This document shows positions 1 to 10,206 of a stretch of 64,000 nt of DNA, one piece after another (within the stretch, counting starts at the first letter, position 1; each line of letters opens with the position of its first letter). The position numbers were made by a program, and so were the translations under genes. The notes beneath the pieces were generated by a model. That model worked only from the letters and a program-made list of their open reading frames with translations. It was not told the origin of the DNA and searched no databases. The DNA lies in assembly GCA_963696385.1 (NCBI GenBank), contig CAVOKF010000003.1, forward strand, positions 128,001 to 192,000, given 5' to 3'. Source of the stretch: an uncultured delta proteobacterium (GTDB lineage Bacteria > Myxococcota_A > Polyangia > Polyangiales > Polyangiaceae).

Positions 1-689
1 ACAGTTTGGGCATGGTCCCGGTCGTCGTGGCCTATAACGTGCCCAATCGAGATTGCGGTCAGTATTCCAAGGGCGGATCGACCTCCGCCGACGCGTACAA
101 GAAGTGGATTCGTGCCTTCGCCAAAGGAGCAGGCTCGTTCCGGATGATTGTCGTACTCGAGCCCGATGCTCTTGGCCTCATGACCAAGTGCCTGTCACCG
201 ACGGATCAAAAGGCACGGCTCGCCATGATTCACGACGCGGTCGACGTGCTGGAGGCGACGCCCGGGGTGTCCGTATACGTCGATGGGGGCAATGCGAAAT
301 GGGTCCGAGCGCCCGACATGGCCAAGCGGTTGAGGGCCGCCGGAGTCGAAGACGCAGACGGGTTTTCGCTCAACGTTTCGAACTACGTCGCGACCGACGA
401 AACCATCGCGTACGGTCACGCCATCTCCGCGGCTCTCGGCAACAAGATTCATTTCATCATCGACACGGGTCGGAACGGCAACGGCGCGACCCCGGACGCC
501 GAATGGTGCAATCCGAAGGGGCGGGCGCTCGGCCCCGCTCCGACGACCCATACGGGTGATCCACTCGTGGACGCGTACTTCTGGGTGAAGCCCCCGGGTG
601 AGTCCGACGGAACCTGCAACGGGGGTCCCAAGGCGGGCGACTATTGGCCGCAAGCTGCGGTCGACCTCGCCAAAAATTCCAAGCCCTGA
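1..689 (+). CDS. Glycoside hydrolase family 6 endoglucanase/cellulase (5' partial)
   Basis: GH6 motifs YNVPNRDCG, VLEPDAL, FSLNVSNY, IIDTGRNG, WCNPKGR, WVKPPGESDG; reading frame is open to the window edge. Confidence 0.92.
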   Translation, partial: SLGMVPVVVAYNVPNRDCGQYSKGGSTSADAYKKWIRAFAKGAGSFRMIVVLEPDALGLMTKCLSPTDQKARLAMIHDAVDVLEATPGVSVYVDGGNAKWVRAPDMAKRLRAAGVEDADGFSLNVSNYVATDETIAYGHAISAALGNKIHFIIDTGRNGNGATPDAEWCNPKGRALGPAPTTHTGDPLVDAYFWVKPPGESDGTCNGGPKAGDYWPQAAVDLAKNSKP

Positions 690-770
690 GCCGCGGGCGA
701 CGCAGGGTCGTGCTGCACCCAACGCTCTCTTTCGCACTGCCCGATCGCCATCGACCGAGGACTCCACCGT

Positions 771-2027
771 TCAACGCGCCAACATCATCACGGTGCTTGT
801 GGCGTAATCGGTCCAGTAAACGCCATTGTCGTCGACGGTAATCCCCCAAGGATGGCCCTGGTTGGACGCCAGAATGGTGGGGGCGCCTCCGCTCTTCGGC
901 ACCATCGCGATCGAACCGTCGTTCGATTGCGTTCCCGCGTTCGTCCAGTAAAGATTCGACCCGTCCTGCGCGAGCCGAAAGGGGTGATTCTGGCCGGATG
1001 CAAGCGGCTGTTGAAGAATGGCACCGCTTTTCGAGATTTCGGCGACATTGCCCATGTTATCGGCCCAATAGACGTTCGCGTCATCGACCGCGACGTCGGT
1101 AATCGTCGCATTCAACGGGCTCTGCGCGATCGGGCTCGGATCAAAAGCCGTGGTCGCCAACTCTTGCGAGAACAGTTGATTTCTAATGGCGAAGTAGACC
1201 TTGACCGTGTCCCCGGCCATTGCGCTGGCAGGGGCCGAAAGGGGTCCGATCTTGGTCCACCCGACGTTGTTGGTCCCCGGCGCAGCCTCGACGAAAATGT
1301 ACGAAGAGGAGGCTGACCCGCACAGGCCGCCGCTCAAATAAAGATTCGACCCATCCTGAGCAAGTCGATTGACGGTTCCCGAACAGACCGAGGTCGGATA
1401 CGCGCAGCCCAGGGTGCCGCCGTCGCCGGTGAGCGAATAGGGTAGAAACGTGGCGCAGTTCTGACTCGTTACGAATACGCCGACGAGCGCGTAAAGGTAC
1501 AGCGTATCGGCGAGCAGGTCGGTAGGCGGAGGAGCGAGGGCCAAGGCTGTCGATGCAAATGGAGTCGACCCCAAGGCGGAGTCCGCGGCGACGGGGCCGA
1601 ACCACCCGTCCGACGAACGAGCCAATCTGTGGATCGTCGAGTCTCCGTAATCGGCCCAATAAAGGGCTCCGCTCGTCTGCACAATGCCTTCCGGAGCATT
1701 TTCCCCGGAAGCGAGCGTAATCACGGGCCCCGCGAACGCCGTCCGCCCGGCTTCTGCATCGACGCCCGTCTCGTCGCCCGCATTCGCCGCTTCGGCCGCC
1801 GAGTCGCCCGCCGCGTCGCCCGCCGCGTCGAGCGGCCCGGAGGACGAATCGTCGGCATCCCACGCAGAAGCGTCGGTCGAAGCCTCAGGGGCTACGGCCG
1901 CATCGCCGTCGTTCGATTCGAATACCCTGTGGCCGTCGGGAGGGCCAACGAGTAGCGCGCACGCGCCGAGCGAGCACGCGAGGACAGCTGCCGTGGATTG
2001 CGCGAAGCGAAGGCGATCGATGACCAT
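771..2027 (-). CDS. Putative lipoprotein with acidic/Ala linker and beta-propeller-like repeats
   Basis: Lipobox-like SLGAC, DA-rich linker, repeated LAxDxxNLYW/VAVDDANVYW blades; start moved to ATG 2027. Confidence 0.7.
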   Translation of the reverse strand: MVIDRLRFAQSTAAVLACSLGACALLVGPPDGHRVFESNDGDAAVAPEASTDASAWDADDSSSGPLDAAGDAAGDSAAEAANAGDETGVDAEAGRTAFAGPVITLASGENAPEGIVQTSGALYWADYGDSTIHRLARSSDGWFGPVAADSALGSTPFASTALALAPPPTDLLADTLYLYALVGVFVTSQNCATFLPYSLTGDGGTLGCAYPTSVCSGTVNRLAQDGSNLYLSGGLCGSASSSYIFVEAAPGTNNVGWTKIGPLSAPASAMAGDTVKVYFAIRNQLFSQELATTAFDPSPIAQSPLNATITDVAVDDANVYWADNMGNVAEISKSGAILQQPLASGQNHPFRLAQDGSNLYWTNAGTQSNDGSIAMVPKSGGAPTILASNQGHPWGITVDDNGVYWTDYATSTVMMLAR

Positions 2028-2146
2028 TGAGGATAAGCACTCACGTCTCCAAACGTGACCGTGGGCGACGTGCCGCGCCCGGCCATGCGGCGGAGCGCGC
2101 TCTTCTATGATACCCAAAATGTGGCTGCGGACGACGTAACCGTAAC

Positions 2147-3130
2147 TTACCAGCCGACGAACGCTCTCACTCCGTGAGCCCCAATGTCGGGGGCTATTCG
2201 CCAGGTAGACGCCTGGTGGCCGGTATGGGCTTTGCCCGACAACAGCAGATAAGCACCACCACTCAGCGCCGTGATGCCCGCTGCGACCGAAACGGTGGAG
2301 ATCGCCTCTGCCGTTTTCATCGCGCCGATGGCGTTCAGTCCGAGCTGCGTGCAGAAGTCGGCGTTGCATTCGTTGTCGGCCGTGCGCTTGTCAGAAAAGG
2401 CCCGCAGTCCAAAAAACGCCCCCGCTCCGACGAGAGCCAGCCCCGCGCCACCTGCGACAAGGCCCCACGCGCGGCGAGCGTCGAGCCACGGCTGTGGCTC
2501 AGCGGGGACCTCAGGCCCTGGGACAGCGGTCCCAAGAAACGGGACCGGGCCACGACTCGGAGCGAGCGCCGGCAACCGCAGAGTCCGGGTCCCGGAACCG
2601 GTCGGGACGACGAAGGCCTCCGAGAACGGCTTTCTGCCCCATGCCGTCGCACGGATGACATGGTCGCCAGGATCAATCGGAATGGGCGTACGAAACGCGC
2701 CGGGGCCGAGCGGCCGGTCGTCGAGCACGACTTGAGCGCCGTACGACGGGTCCGCGTCGACCACCACGTGTGGGAGCGCGGACTCCAGCAGCCGGGCGTG
2801 CTCGCGGGCTACCGTCTCTCGTTCCACCTGGCCGGCGCGGCGAGCGCTCTCGGCGACCTCCAAGTACTCGGCCCAGGCACTGGCCGTACGACCGGTTTTC
2901 TCGTGGCAAAGGGCGAGGTTGATGAGGGTTCCCGGCTTTGGGTCGACGCGCTGGCTCTCGGCAAACTTCGGGCAGGCTTCCGGGAATCGCCCCTCCGCCA
3001 TCAGATCACGCCCGTTGCGGAATAAGGCCTCTGCGAGCGCACTGGGATCATCGCCTTGCGCCGACGCGTTGGGGCCCGAGACGAGAACCCCGAGCCCGAC
3101 CAGGGCCGCCGGGCGCGCGATGGAACCCAT
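2147..3130 (-). CDS. Secreted TPR + PEGA-like domain protein (myxobacterial type)
   Basis: Signal peptide, AEALFRNGRDL..ACPKFAES..TLINLALCHE TPR, PGDHVI PEGA-like segment, C-terminal hydrophobic helices. Confidence 0.8.
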   Translation of the reverse strand: MGSIARPAALVGLGVLVSGPNASAQGDDPSALAEALFRNGRDLMAEGRFPEACPKFAESQRVDPKPGTLINLALCHEKTGRTASAWAEYLEVAESARRAGQVERETVAREHARLLESALPHVVVDADPSYGAQVVLDDRPLGPGAFRTPIPIDPGDHVIRATAWGRKPFSEAFVVPTGSGTRTLRLPALAPSRGPVPFLGTAVPGPEVPAEPQPWLDARRAWGLVAGGAGLALVGAGAFFGLRAFSDKRTADNECNADFCTQLGLNAIGAMKTAEAISTVSVAAGITALSGGAYLLLSGKAHTGHQASTWRIAPDIGAHGVRAFVGW

Positions 3131-3207
3131 CGGGTCAATTTATCGACCCGGCGGCCGTTCGGCAATTCGGGCTCGCCGCGGCTCCCGTGGGCGGGCTGCG
3201 CTCGCCA

Positions 3208-3777
3208 TCAATTCCCGTCGAGTATGTCCTTGACGATGCGCGCGTAATCCGGGTCCCGACGATGGCTCACCCGCGAGACCGGACGCTCGCGCTGGGGCGT
3301 GGGCGGGTCCAGCTTCTTTAGGTGCCCGCGCAAAATGAGCTGCGACACCGACGGAAGCGACGCGAAACGAAGCCCCACCGCTCGCCCGGAGTCGCCCGTC
3401 CGCCGCCCCTCGACGACGCGCACCACGATCGCTCGGGTATCGAACCAAATCGGAAATTCGGTGGCCATGAAACTTACGACGAGCACGGATTCCCGATCGA
3501 GCCGTTCATCGGAGAGCAGCAACATTCCCTGAGGCGAAAGGTCGACGCCGCGATCCCCGACGAGCCTTTGTCCATTGGGTCGACGGACACGGCATCCGAA
3601 GCGAAGGGCGCGCCGAATCTCTGCGCGGCGGTTGGGACCTACTCCGCATGCTGCGTAGGTGAGCAACGCCGGAGGCCCACGCAGCGAGGCGGCGAGCGCG
3701 TACGAGCCTGCGGAGCTCAACCGCGGGCGCGCGGGCGGAGCTTGGGGCGAAAGAACAGGCAAAGGCATGGGAGGCAT
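3208..3777 (-). CDS. PilZ domain protein (start uncertain; ORF open to 3915)
   Basis: RRAEIRR and DLSPQG c-di-GMP-binding motifs. Confidence 0.75.
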   Translation of the reverse strand: MPPMPLPVLSPQAPPARPRLSSAGSYALAASLRGPPALLTYAACGVGPNRRAEIRRALRFGCRVRRPNGQRLVGDRGVDLSPQGMLLLSDERLDRESVLVVSFMATEFPIWFDTRAIVVRVVEGRRTGDSGRAVGLRFASLPSVSQLILRGHLKKLDPPTPQRERPVSRVSHRRDPDYARIVKDILDGN

Positions 3778-3911
3778 CCCTTCGATGGCAAGACACCGAT
3801 CGCGACTGGCCGGCGGTCCACGGCTCAAACACCGAATCTTAGCCGGCGCGCCTCGCGCGAGGCCAAATTGGCTGCGTGACAACCAGCTGCCCCCCCCCGG
3901 CACGGTCGCCA

Positions 3912-4331
3912 TCACGACAGCGCGGCCAAGTGCACCGTGGCCGCGTAGTCGACGCGCGGCTCACGCATCGGCAAGGGCGGCGGCACCCGACGCAGCGCTC
4001 CACGCAAATAGCGCTCGACATTCGGGGGCAAAGGCTCGAATTCGAGGCCGAAGCACCGACCCGTCCAATCCGCTGGGCGCCGTCCGTGGAGCACGCGCGC
4101 GATCGTTGCCTGTGCGTCGAACCACGGCCCGGCACGGTGCAGCCGGAATTCGACGATGACCGGTTCGCCGGTCAATGCCGGCTCATCGCCGACGACCAAC
4201 ATGCCAAGGTGGGAGAGATCGACTGCTCGCCGTCCAAGGAAGCGGAAATCCCGTTCGCGGATGACGTTGCACTCGACGCGGATGGCGCGCCGAATGGCGC
4301 GCCGCTGGTCGGCCTGGACGAGTGTGCGCAT
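3912..4331 (-). CDS. PilZ domain protein
   Basis: QRRAIRR and DLSHLG motifs, GLEF strand; ATG 4331 preceded by GGAGG. Confidence 0.8.
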   Translation of the reverse strand: MRTLVQADQRRAIRRAIRVECNVIRERDFRFLGRRAVDLSHLGMLVVGDEPALTGEPVIVEFRLHRAGPWFDAQATIARVLHGRRPADWTGRCFGLEFEPLPPNVERYLRGALRRVPPPLPMREPRVDYAATVHLAALS

Positions 4332-4405
4332 GAGCCCCTCCAAGCTCGAATGGTGTGCAGAGGGTGCGGGGCCGGCCAACTTCTCGGTTGCGCGCGCCAC
4401 GGAAG

Positions 4406-4870
4406 TCACCAGCGGTGAAACGCGGGGTGCCCTTCTTTCACGACGACGAATACGCCGCGGCATGTCGCCGTCACATTTCCGTTTGCCTCGATGGCGGAAT
4501 CGACAGTGGCCCGATCGATGGCCGCTGAGACGACCTTCGCATGCAGCACCAGCTCCGCATCGAGCGGGGTCGGGCGCTTCAGCCTAACCGCGAATTGTGC
4601 GGTCACCGTGCAAGGCGGCACGCTCGTCCCCGCATTTCGCATCAAGTGCCAGGCGGCGGTCCAGTTGGAATGGCAGTCGAGCAACGCCCCGCAGATGCCT
4701 CCGTTTACAACCCCCGCGAAAGCAAGGTGATGTGGCTGCGGCCGCCAACGAGCCACGCACGCGTCGTCATCTTGAGCGAAGCTCCGAATGCGCAGTCCCT
4801 TGTCATTGCTGGGACCGCATCCAAAGCAGACGCTGTCGGGTGCGTACTTCTCTTGGAGACTCGAATCCAT
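4406..4870 (-). CDS. PaaI/hotdog-fold thioesterase
   Basis: CFGCGPSN..GL, GVVNGGICGALLDCHSN, RPTP motifs. Confidence 0.88.
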   Translation of the reverse strand: MDSSLQEKYAPDSVCFGCGPSNDKGLRIRSFAQDDDACVARWRPQPHHLAFAGVVNGGICGALLDCHSNWTAAWHLMRNAGTSVPPCTVTAQFAVRLKRPTPLDAELVLHAKVVSAAIDRATVDSAIEANGNVTATCRGVFVVVKEGHPAFHRW

Positions 4871-4993
4871 CGTGCAGCCGCCCCATAGCGCCAGGAAGAC
4901 AGTTCGTTCGCACGTACCGGAAAGAACGAAGCGCCGGATCCCGACCTAATTCCTGCATCGCGTCGGGCGCCCGTCGCGCGGGCTGGCTCGAAC

Positions 4994-5134
4994 TTAGCTC
5001 GGACTGGGTTTCGCCTTGGTCGCGGCGGGATCCGCCGCAGCGGATGCGGCCTGCCCGAGGCGCCACTCGGCCAGGCGCTTCGTCCGGCGAATCTTTTGTT
5101 TGCGTCGCTTGCCCGGGTCTTGGGGAGTCGCCAT
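4994..5134 (-). CDS. Small basic hypothetical protein (46 aa)
   Basis: MATPQDPGKRRKQKIRRTKRLAEWR; fills the gap between co-oriented genes. Confidence 0.55.
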   Translation of the reverse strand: MATPQDPGKRRKQKIRRTKRLAEWRLGQAASAAADPAATKAKPSPS

Positions 5135-5163
5135 TGTAGCCGCGAGGCTAGCATGCCGAGCGC

Positions 5164-8100
5164 TCATGCCTCGCGCGAAGTGGGCGCCGAAATCCGGGCG
5201 ATCGCACGGCCACTGGCCGCCTCGATTTGGCTCAGCCACGTCTCGATTTTCTCGAGCGCCGGACCCGCCCAGGTCATTCTGCCGAGCCGCACGAGCAGAT
5301 GCGGCGTGTGATCGCCCGTACGCGCAAGGGCCTCCGCGGCGCGGGCGCTGCCGCTTTCGAGCGTTGGGACGACGAAGGCGGTCCGCGCGGCGTCGAGCTC
5401 CGCGGCTGCGTGCGCCCAGCGCCCCTGCCTTTGCGCGAGCCATGCGCGGGTCAGGTGCCTGTGCTGTCGTGGCTCAGCCTCGTCGAGCACCGCCTTATCG
5501 CACGCCGATACAATCGCAGCGGCTCTTTCATCGTCACGCGCGAGGGCGACCTGGGCGAGAAGGAGGCGCGCCTCGAGCTGCCCCCAAGGATCGTGCAGTT
5601 TCTCGTAGATTTTGAATGCCACGCGCGCATGGGCCTCCGAGGCTTCGTAGTCGTCCGAATCGAGTGCCACCATGGCGAGCAGACGCTCGCAAGCGGCTTC
5701 GCCGCGGGGGTTTTCCACTTCGCGGAAGCTCGCCCGGGCCGCCAAAGCGCGCGCCCGAGCACGCGCGAACTCGAACGCGCGGTGATCCGCGTGTCCGAGT
5801 GCGACGTCGCTCTGGGCGACCCCAAGTCGATATCCGATCCCATCGAATTCGGTGCGCGCCCGAGCAAGCAGGTCCCGCCCCCGCTGAAAGGCGCCCGCAG
5901 CCTCCTCAATGAGCGCCAGCAAAATGAGGCACTGTGCGCGTCCGAGCACGTCCGCGACATGGGTACATCGCTCGATGGCCTTATTGAGCGTCGCTCGCGA
6001 GCGGGCATGATCCCCGAGCAAATAGTCGATTTCACCGAGCACGACCTCGGCCTGCGCCCGCCCGGCGGCGTCGCCGAGCCGTCCATAGCGCTGCAGCGCC
6101 CCGGCGACGAGCACCCTTCCCTGTGCCGGCTGTCCCAAATCGCTTGCGATATGGCCGAGCAAGCGAAGCGCGCTGGCTTCGTTGGCCAAGTCGCCGCCCT
6201 GTTCAAAGGCCCGCCGCGCCGCCTCGCCTTCGGTGCGCGCCTCATCCAGACGGCCCATGTACCGAAGTGATTCCGCACGCCAGAGTGCCGCTTCCGCGGC
6301 GTTCGACCGGTTTAGGTGTCCCTTCAGCATTTCCAGATCCTGGAGCGTGGCCGACGTATCGCGTCCGCGGCGCCAGGATGCACGGATGAAGTCGAGCATC
6401 AGCTTGGCGGCCGTATCGTCGTCGCCCGCTCGGAGGAGATTCGTGACACGGTGTTTCATGATGCGGCGCGAGCCCACGCCAGGATGTTTTGCGAGCGCAT
6501 TCGCCGCCAATCGGTACACGCCCGGCGCGTCTTTGCGCTCGTTCAGGCGCTCGATCAAATGCTCCTGAAGCAGGGCGTGCGGCCAATGAAATTGGTCCAT
6601 GCCTGACGCAAGGAGAATTTGAGCACCCGTGAGAGCGGCGAACGCGTCGCGGGAGTCCACCCCGAGGGATGCACATAGCGTCTTCAACACCTCGCCGCGC
6701 ACATCATCGCCGAGCGCCGCGGCGGCGTAGGCGCTGAGGCGCAATTCCGTCGGGATCGCGCGGACTCGTTCGTCCCAAAGCTCGGCGGTCGTGATCGGTC
6801 GGCCATGGATCGCGTGCTCGGGGACACGGTACGTATCGCCGTCCAGAGTCAGGTATCCCCCCCCCGCCCATGCGTAGAGAAGCTGGAGCGCGAAGAGCGG
6901 GTTGCCCCGGCTTTGCTCGACGGCACGACGCACGGCTCCGTCTTCGAGGGGAAGCGCCGAGCGCAGCAGTGTTTCCGTGTCGTCGGTCCCGAGCGGCTTC
7001 AACTCGATCACGCGTCCGGTCCAAGCGGCCCTCAGGGCTTCCATCCGCAGCGCTGCGTCGATGTCCGTTGCAAGCGTTTCGCTTCGGGCGGTCGCCAAGA
7101 CGAACAACCTCAGTGCCGGGGCATCGCGCTTGAGGCGCGCGAGCACCTCGAACGTATTCGGTGAGGCGTAATGCAGGTCGTCGAGCCACATGAGCAACGG
7201 CCGGTCCGCGGCGAGGCGCTCGAGAAGTCGCTTGATCACGAGAAAGCGAAGCTCAGGGCGATCGAGAACGAATCGCTTTCCAGTCGGCCCGAGCGGGGCC
7301 ACAGAGCCGGGCGGCGTGGGTCTCAACCACTCGGCCGTCGCAGCGACCCAAGAAAGCGCTTCGTCGTCGTCCTGCGCGACGTCCCAGCGCGAGATCAAGG
7401 TCTGCTCGACCGTCGCCCGATCGGCACGCGTCAATCCGAAGTGGGCGGCAATCGCGCCGGTGATTCCATCGAGCGCCGAGGGCGTGCGGCCGTAGCGGGC
7501 TCGGAGGGGCAGCATGACGCCCCTTTCGTGCACTTCGGCGCAGAGCCACTCGGCGATGCGGCTCTTGCCGACGCCTGCGTCGCCGATGAGAGCCACCAGG
7601 TCCTGGTGCTCATCGCCGCCCGCGATGCCCTCCACGGATCTCCAAAGCTCCCGGCGTTCGTCGTGCCGCGCGACCAGCATCGGCGCGCGAAGACTCAAGA
7701 TGCCGGGCGCAAGGGAGCGGGCGTACGCTGCCGGTACCGCGCGCGAGCTTGGGTTGCCCTGAACAATCTCCTCAAGCGTCGAAGCGTGGGCAGGCTTGAG
7801 CCGCACCCACGCTTTGCGCGCGTCGGCAGCCACCTCGAAGCGGTTCCATGGCTTCTTCTCGAGAAGCCTGAGCACGAATTTGCTGGCGGCCGGAGGTGCA
7901 TCGTCCGGCAAGCGGACTGGCGCCACGGCCAGTCGCTTGTGGGCGCGAAGCACCTCTTGAGCGGTCCCCTCGAAGACCTCTCGACCACTGAGCACCCGGT
8001 ACATCACGCAGCCGAGCGCGTAGAGGTCCGTCGCCGGCCCTACGAGCGCAGCTTGTCGGCGGATCTGCTCGGGCGCCACCCAGCCGACGGTCCCTGCGCC

Positions 8101-8703
8101 GGAATGCACGGCCACTTCGGGAGCGGATGCGCCGTCAAGCCGCGAGTCATGTCGGTACTCTCGCAACCAAGCGAGCCCAAGATCCAAGACGTAGGCGCGC
8201 GGCCCTAGCGCGCTCGAAGCCAAATCGAGCATGATATTGGACGGCTTCAAGTCTCCATGGATGACCCCGCGCGCATGCGCGTGAGCAAGTGCGGAGAGCA
8301 CCTGGTCCGCCATGGCCCAGGTAACGTTCCACGGCAGGTGCATGGTGTGCATCCACTCGTGCACGCTCCGCCCCGGAAGCACGTCCATGACGAAAAAGGG
8401 GCTCCCATCAGCGAGCTGACCGAAGTCTCGAGCGCGCACGATCGCCGGATGGTCGAGCAGCGAAACGGCGCGCGCCTCCTGGTGAAACCACCAGCTCTCT
8501 TCGGCCGCCCGGGCGCCTCCCTTGTCCGGCGAGCGCAAGCGCTTGAGTGCGACCCGATCGCCCGTAACGACGTCCTTGCACAGGTAGACGACCCCCATGC
8601 CGCCGCGACCGAGCTCGCGCACGACTTCGTAGCGCTGAGCCAGTACGGTGCCGATCTCATTGGCCGCGACGCCCGTAGTTTGGTTCTGCCCTACCGTCTT
8701 CAT
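5164..8703 (-). CDS. Ser/Thr protein kinase with P-loop ATPase and TPR region
   Basis: LGRGGMG, VALK, HGDLKPSN, DLG, APE; Walker A GDAGVGKS; Walker B WLDDLH; helical repeats at the C-terminus. Confidence 0.93.
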   Translation of the reverse strand: MKTVGQNQTTGVAANEIGTVLAQRYEVVRELGRGGMGVVYLCKDVVTGDRVALKRLRSPDKGGARAAEESWWFHQEARAVSLLDHPAIVRARDFGQLADGSPFFVMDVLPGRSVHEWMHTMHLPWNVTWAMADQVLSALAHAHARGVIHGDLKPSNIMLDLASSALGPRAYVLDLGLAWLREYRHDSRLDGASAPEVAVHSGAGTVGWVAPEQIRRQAALVGPATDLYALGCVMYRVLSGREVFEGTAQEVLRAHKRLAVAPVRLPDDAPPAASKFVLRLLEKKPWNRFEVAADARKAWVRLKPAHASTLEEIVQGNPSSRAVPAAYARSLAPGILSLRAPMLVARHDERRELWRSVEGIAGGDEHQDLVALIGDAGVGKSRIAEWLCAEVHERGVMLPLRARYGRTPSALDGITGAIAAHFGLTRADRATVEQTLISRWDVAQDDDEALSWVAATAEWLRPTPPGSVAPLGPTGKRFVLDRPELRFLVIKRLLERLAADRPLLMWLDDLHYASPNTFEVLARLKRDAPALRLFVLATARSETLATDIDAALRMEALRAAWTGRVIELKPLGTDDTETLLRSALPLEDGAVRRAVEQSRGNPLFALQLLYAWAGGGYLTLDGDTYRVPEHAIHGRPITTAELWDERVRAIPTELRLSAYAAAALGDDVRGEVLKTLCASLGVDSRDAFAALTGAQILLASGMDQFHWPHALLQEHLIERLNERKDAPGVYRLAANALAKHPGVGSRRIMKHRVTNLLRAGDDDTAAKLMLDFIRASWRRGRDTSATLQDLEMLKGHLNRSNAAEAALWRAESLRYMGRLDEARTEGEAARRAFEQGGDLANEASALRLLGHIASDLGQPAQGRVLVAGALQRYGRLGDAAGRAQAEVVLGEIDYLLGDHARSRATLNKAIERCTHVADVLGRAQCLILLALIEEAAGAFQRGRDLLARARTEFDGIGYRLGVAQSDVALGHADHRAFEFARARARALAARASFREVENPRGEAACERLLAMVALDSDDYEASEAHARVAFKIYEKLHDPWGQLEARLLLAQVALARDDERAAAIVSACDKAVLDEAEPRQHRHLTRAWLAQRQGRWAHAAAELDAARTAFVVPTLESGSARAAEALARTGDHTPHLLVRLGRMTWAGPALEKIETWLSQIEAASGRAIARISAPTSREA

Positions 8704-8812
8704 GAGCCAAATGAGGCCAGCCTAGCGCATCGGGCGGGGACCCTGCCGTCCGGGCCGGCTGCCAACGCTCGCTCTCGGTGTCGGCGTTCGTCCCCCCCCA
8801 GCAATCGACGAT

Positions 8813-9487
8813 TTACTTCTTCTTCGCCGGCATGGTCTGGAACACCAAGTCCCATAGGGGCGAAGACACGCCGAACCCGCCATCGTGATCGGCGAAGTGG
8901 TGTGTCATGTGGTGTCGCCGCAAGAACTTCCCCCAACGAGTCGTCGGAACGAAATGGTGCACGTAGTAGTGCGTCCCGTCGTAAAAAAGGTAGCCGACGA
9001 CGAATCCGGCGAAGAAGGGCTCGCCCATCGGGCGGCCCATCGCGAGCGAAAAGATCGTGTAGAAAATGACGGCAAGTGGAACGCTCGTGAGCAAGGGCAT
9101 CACGAGGCGATCCTTGTCGCCGGGATACTCGTGATGCACGCCGTGCAGCAGAAAATGCACACGCTTGCCCCAAGTCGTGTCATTGGACCAATGAAACACG
9201 AACTTGTGCAAGACGTACTCGGCGAGGGTCCACGCCAGCATGCCGCCTGCGAACAGGGCTGCAACGGAGAACCGTGCCGGGTCGTGCCGCAACGTCGAGC
9301 GGACCAGAAAGAACCCGACCACCGGCACCCAGGCGACAAATGGCGTCGCCGGGTGGATGCGAGAGAACCGCTCCAGCCAGTCGTTTTCGAACATTCGGCA
9401 CGTGGTCCCGTTCCCGCGAGCGCCACCGTTGCTACCGGATGCTCCGGTCATCTTCGCGAGGCGAGGTTCGAGGACGTCGTTGGTCAT
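8813..9487 (-). CDS. Fatty acid hydroxylase/sterol desaturase family (FA2H/Scs7-like)
   Basis: His boxes EYVLHKFVFH, HGVHH, HYYVHH, HHMTHH; FGVSSPLWD. Confidence 0.9.
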   Translation of the reverse strand: MTNDVLEPRLAKMTGASGSNGGARGNGTTCRMFENDWLERFSRIHPATPFVAWVPVVGFFLVRSTLRHDPARFSVAALFAGGMLAWTLAEYVLHKFVFHWSNDTTWGKRVHFLLHGVHHEYPGDKDRLVMPLLTSVPLAVIFYTIFSLAMGRPMGEPFFAGFVVGYLFYDGTHYYVHHFVPTTRWGKFLRRHHMTHHFADHDGGFGVSSPLWDLVFQTMPAKKK

Positions 9488-9700
9488 GGGAACGTTCGGA
9501 ATTCTCTGCGCCAGCCGCCACGGTACGGTAGAACCGACGGCGATGTTCGGCAATAGCGCGACCGCATGGGCGATCCTGTGACATTTGGCTCGCGCTTCGG
9601 CCATGACGGTACCTGCCGCGGGACGAAGTGCTAGCCGAACGCGGTTCTCATCACGACGCTTGACGCCGGCACGACCTTGGCGATGCGCTAGGCAGCCATC

Positions 9701-10123
9701 ATGGCCGACTCAAAAACGAGCAGAGCCCTTCATGTTCTCGCCCAGGGGCTGGGCCGCCTCGGGCGCCAGCGGGCACGCGCCGCAGGTCAGCTGACCCTCC
9801 AACAGGCCGAAGCCCTCCAGATCATCGCGGAGCGAGGAATCGTCGCCACGTCGGTGCTCGCCTTCCGCCTCGGCATCGATCCGTCGACGGCGAGCCGCAA
9901 CCTGGCGGGCCTCGAGCGGGGCGGCCTCATCGCACGCCGCAAGGGAACCGAAGACGGACGGCAGAACGATGCGCGATTGACGGCGCGTGGCAAACGCGTC
10001 GCCGAAGCCGTTGCCGCGGAATGGTCGACGGCTTGTGCGACACTGCTCGAGCGATTGCCGCGCGCGGACCGGCAACGCGTGGTCGAAGCGCTCGACATTC
10101 TGGCCCGAGTACTCGAGCAGTGA
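9701..10123 (+). CDS. MarR family transcriptional regulator
   Basis: LGIDPSTASRNLAGLERGGLI..EDGR..LTARG winged helix. Confidence 0.9.
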   Translation: MADSKTSRALHVLAQGLGRLGRQRARAAGQLTLQQAEALQIIAERGIVATSVLAFRLGIDPSTASRNLAGLERGGLIARRKGTEDGRQNDARLTARGKRVAEAVAAEWSTACATLLERLPRADRQRVVEALDILARVLEQ

Positions 10124-10206
10124 TCGCCAGCTTCGACCCGTACCGTTCAATAGAGCGGTCCGCTCAATAGAGCGACGAGGCTCACCCGTCGAGCTTTGGT
10201 TCGTGC

